The translations under genes were made by a program, and so were the position numbers. DNA of 64,000 nucleotides from positions 55,242,001-55,306,000 of the forward strand of contig OX597826.1 in NCBI GenBank assembly GCA_951406725.2, written 5' to 3'. Below, one piece after another: positions 59,987 through 64,000 of the stretch. Source of the DNA: Octopus vulgaris. Lineage: Eukaryota. The notes under the pieces are model-generated. The model ran no database searches, was not told the DNA's origin, and was given only the letters and a program-made list of their open reading frames with translations. Positions within the stretch are counted from its first letter, which is position 1. Each line of letters opens with the position of its first letter.

Positions 59987-60270
59987 AATTGGGGTTTAAG
60001 GATATTCGGTTCATGATCGTAAAGACGCGAGTTGTATACTCGGCGGCGCGTTGTGTCCTTGAGTAAGACACTCTATTTCCCGTTGCTCCAGTCCACTCAG
60101 CTGATAAAAATGTGTAGCACCTGTATTTTAAAGGCCCAGTCTCACCACATTCTGTATCACGCTGTATCTCCCTGACAACAACATTAAACTTACCTCTGTT
60201 AATTTCACGAGCAAGTTGTTCCATTGATCGGATCAGCTGGAAAACTCGTCGTCGTAACCAACGGAATGCT
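59987..60270 (+). mobile_element. SINE family B-related element
   Basis: tgtgtccttgagtaagacac...gttaatttcacgagc...gtcgtcgtaacc. Confidence 0.8.
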
Positions 60271-60330
60271 AGATAACATTGTTGTTGCAATTCTTGTTTT
60301 ATTGCTGCTGATATTGTTTGTCGTAAAATA

Positions 60331-60897
60331 TTGGGTTGTCCGGAAAGTTCGTGCCGATTTATAGTAGCTTACCTTTCGACTTACTTTAGAACATGGTTGA
60401 GTCCATTATATAGGATTTGACTACACCTCCATTTAGAGCACCGTTTAAGCTATATTTTCATGGAAGATGGTTTATGTTCCTATAACTTGTGTTAATTCTG
60501 TAACCCTTTAATATGGAAGATAAGAAAGTTCATTTTCGACATTTTATGCTTTGGGAACCAGACAAAAATTGCTGCAGCTCGGCTGGGATGTGTTACCCCA
60601 CACTCCATATTCACCAGACATTGCTCTTTCGGATTTCCACTTATTCAGGTCTCTGCAGAATAGTCTTAATGGTAAAAAATTTCAATTCTTTGGATGACGT
60701 AAAAAGATACCTTGATGAATTTTTTGCCATGAAACCACCTCAATTCTGGGAAGCGGGTATTTTGAAGTTAAGGGAAAGATGGAGACGCATTGTGCAACAA
60801 AATGGTTCATATTTGGTTGATTAAAAATGTAATGGCACGTATTTATTGCCCTTTTTCTTTCCTTTAAAAATCGGCACGAACTTTCCGGACGACCCAA
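60331..60897 (+). mobile_element. Internally deleted mariner (567 bp)
   Basis: Near-perfect 30-bp TIRs TTGGGT(T/C)GTCCGGAAAGTTCGTGCCGATTT; TA TSD; MEDKKVHFRHFMLWE joined to WDVLPHTPYSPDIALSDFHLF and the C-terminus. Confidence 0.95.
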
Positions 60898-61179
60898 TAC
60901 TTTCACCGATTGCGGGTATTATTCGTGTTGTACTTTTGTGTTCCTCAATTCTTTAGATTGTTTTAGTTGTTGTTATTGTTGATATTGTAGCTTTCGTCAA
61001 CCTCCATGTTGTTTTTCATCCTTTAACCAGTAAGATTTACGATCGAAGACATTAGCAAGTTTTCATTCACTTCAATGTGTGATGTGAGCTTCAGAGAAAA
61101 GGAGAGAGAGAGAGAGAGAGAAAGGCAAGCAGATATAGAGAGATTGCGAAATAGGAAGATAGTGTATTTTTTGCATTTC

Positions 61180-61621
<442 letters not shown>

Positions 61622-62057
61622 GTCTCTGTAGCTCTAGTAATGATGACATGAAATCGTGTCAAAGACACCAACGTAAAATAAACAAGACTTGATAGTGATG
61701 GTTAAGTGTCTTTCAAGATTACAAATACATGTGATTGTAGGAGTTGCAGGCAACGCGTGTGGATAGCAATGTGTGCGTGTGTGTATGTTCAAAGAGTGAG
61801 AAGAAGAGACAACAGAGCAAAGGGAGCGAAAGAGAAAGAGAAGGAGAGAAACAAAGATAGAGATTCAGTAAATGCATTGTATAGGTATATATCGTGCGTG
61901 AACGGAAGATATTGTGCGACACTTTCACATATACTCATCTAGGCAGCTACATAAAAATAGGGGGACACTAAGCAATAGTGTGTATATATGAGGTCTGTAT
62001 AAATGTGTGTGCGTGCATATACATATTATGCACACACACACACACACACACACTCAA

Positions 62058-62113
<56 letters not shown>

Positions 62114-62144
62114 TTATGTATGTATGTATATATATATAAGCACG

Positions 62145-62175
<31 letters not shown>

Positions 62176-62317
62176 TATATACATATACATAGACATATGT
62201 ATGAATGTATGTATACATATATACACGTATATATATACGTATATATATGTATATATATATATGTATATATATGTGTGTGTGTGCGTGTGTATATATATAT
62301 ATGTATATATATATATG

Positions 62318-62385
<68 letters not shown>

Positions 62386-63104
62386 GTATACTTAGTTTGC
62401 TACATAAAAATACGGATGCAAAAAGCATACGCACACATAACCAGGCAACCATATGTTTTGGGGGTTTTTTTCGTGTGTGCGTGAGTGAACATAGATAAAA
62501 TATAAATAACGTTAATTGCTAGATATATAGAAATGGGGAAACACATGTACACAACCTGCCCATCTTATGGTATACAGATAGATATATGGGTATTTTGTTC
62601 GTATAATATATTTATTTACATTGTCTCCTATGAAGTGTCAAGAAACTATTTCATACCACTCGTTATGCATATATCACGTCTTAAGACGTTTACGAGAACA
62701 ACCTAAGACAGAGAAAAGATTTTTATGATCTACGGGAACCGAACAACGCTTCCGTTGCACGCTGAATGACTGCGTTATCAAATAGATCAACAATGTTTAA
62801 TTAATCGTATGGTCCAAATATGCTGATATAAACGTTTTACGGGGAAAAACCAACATCATTATCTCACAATCTATCACATGAGTATAGCACGTAGCTTCGG
62901 AGCCACTCAAACACCAGCAGATAGACTTCCTCAGTTCATTCGGAGACAGCGTTCTGACCAACGATTTGTGTCTTCATTTTTGGTTGTTTTGTCATTGAGT
63001 ATTTTCTATGATGATTGTATTATCAATTTTAATTTAAATATATAAAATATGACGTTCTTAATTTTATTTATCTAACGTCAAATAGCTTTTATTGTTTTAT
63101 TGTT

Positions 63105-63326
63105 TTATTGTTTTATTCTTTTATTCGCTTCAGTCACATAGTTGCGGCCATGCCGGAGCACCGCCTTTAGTCGAACTAATCGATCCCAGGACTTATTCTT
63201 TGTAAGCCTAGTACTTATTCTATCGGTATCTTTTGCCGAACCGCTAAGTTACGGAGACATAAACACACCAGCATCGGTTGTCAAGAGACGTTGGTGGGAC
63301 AAAGACAGTCACACAAACACACCCAC

Positions 63327-63360
<34 letters not shown>

Positions 63361-63431
63361 GTCGGGATTCTTTCAGTTTCCGTCTACCAAATTCACTCAC
63401 AAGGCCTTGGTCACCGAGGCTATAGAAGACA

Positions 63432-63482
<51 letters not shown>

Positions 63483-63552
63483 TCGTGATTCATTCAGTTT
63501 CCGTCTACCAAATTCACTCACAAGGCCTTGGTCACCGAGGCTATAGAAGACA

Positions 63553-63613
<61 letters not shown>

Positions 63614-63775
63614 ACGGGCTTCTTTCAGTTTCCGTCTACCAAATCCACTCACAAGGCTTTGGTCGGCCCGAGGCTATAGTAGAAGACACTTGCCCACGGT
63701 GTCACGCAGTGGGGCTGAACCTGGAACCATGTGGTTAGTAAGCAAGCTACTCACCAAACAGCCACTCCTGCGCCT
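63105..63775 (-). mobile_element. SINE family A with two extra internal segment copies
   Basis: Segment at 63360-63432 and 63481-63553, plus the canonical segment at 63612-63690. Confidence 0.9.
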
Positions 63776-64000
63776 ATCACAGCCACTCCTAGTAAGTAAA
63801 TGAAAAAATGCTAATTTTCTTCAATGAAAAAAAAGACCAGTTAAACTAATAAATAAAACAGCATGTACAATTTAGATCGTGCTAAATCTGTCACATGAAG
63901 ATTCTCTGTGCTACCCATTTCTTTTTACGTCCTAAGCACAAACTGGTTTTCTTTAACAATTTACTAGTTAATCTGGACCTGTGCATAACTCACAACAGTA

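Overview
AT-rich, repeat-saturated animal genomic DNA, most likely octopus (coleoid cephalopod). The organism is inferred from the tRNA-derived SINE families and the extreme (TA)n, (CA)n, (TAGA)n, (ATT)n and (ACC)n load. I found no intact host gene or convincing coding exon; nearly all listed ORFs are microsatellite artefacts. The window holds three abundant SINE families, RTE and R4/Dong LINE relics, two mariner elements, pogo-like and hAT MITEs, a Helitron nested in the hAT MITE, and at least five Penelope-like element (PLE) ORF relics. The most notable signal, invisible in the ORF track, is a scatter of minimal hammerhead ribozyme (HHR) motifs: about 9 well-formed and about 9 decayed, many in short islands within (TA)n tracts. 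The best case is a young, non-coding 586-bp-period tandem-plus-inverted cassette (33935-35245) with one HHR per unit, a candidate PLE-mobilised retrozyme. All folds were read by eye and are untested; repeat boundaries are approximate unless TIRs or TSDs are given.
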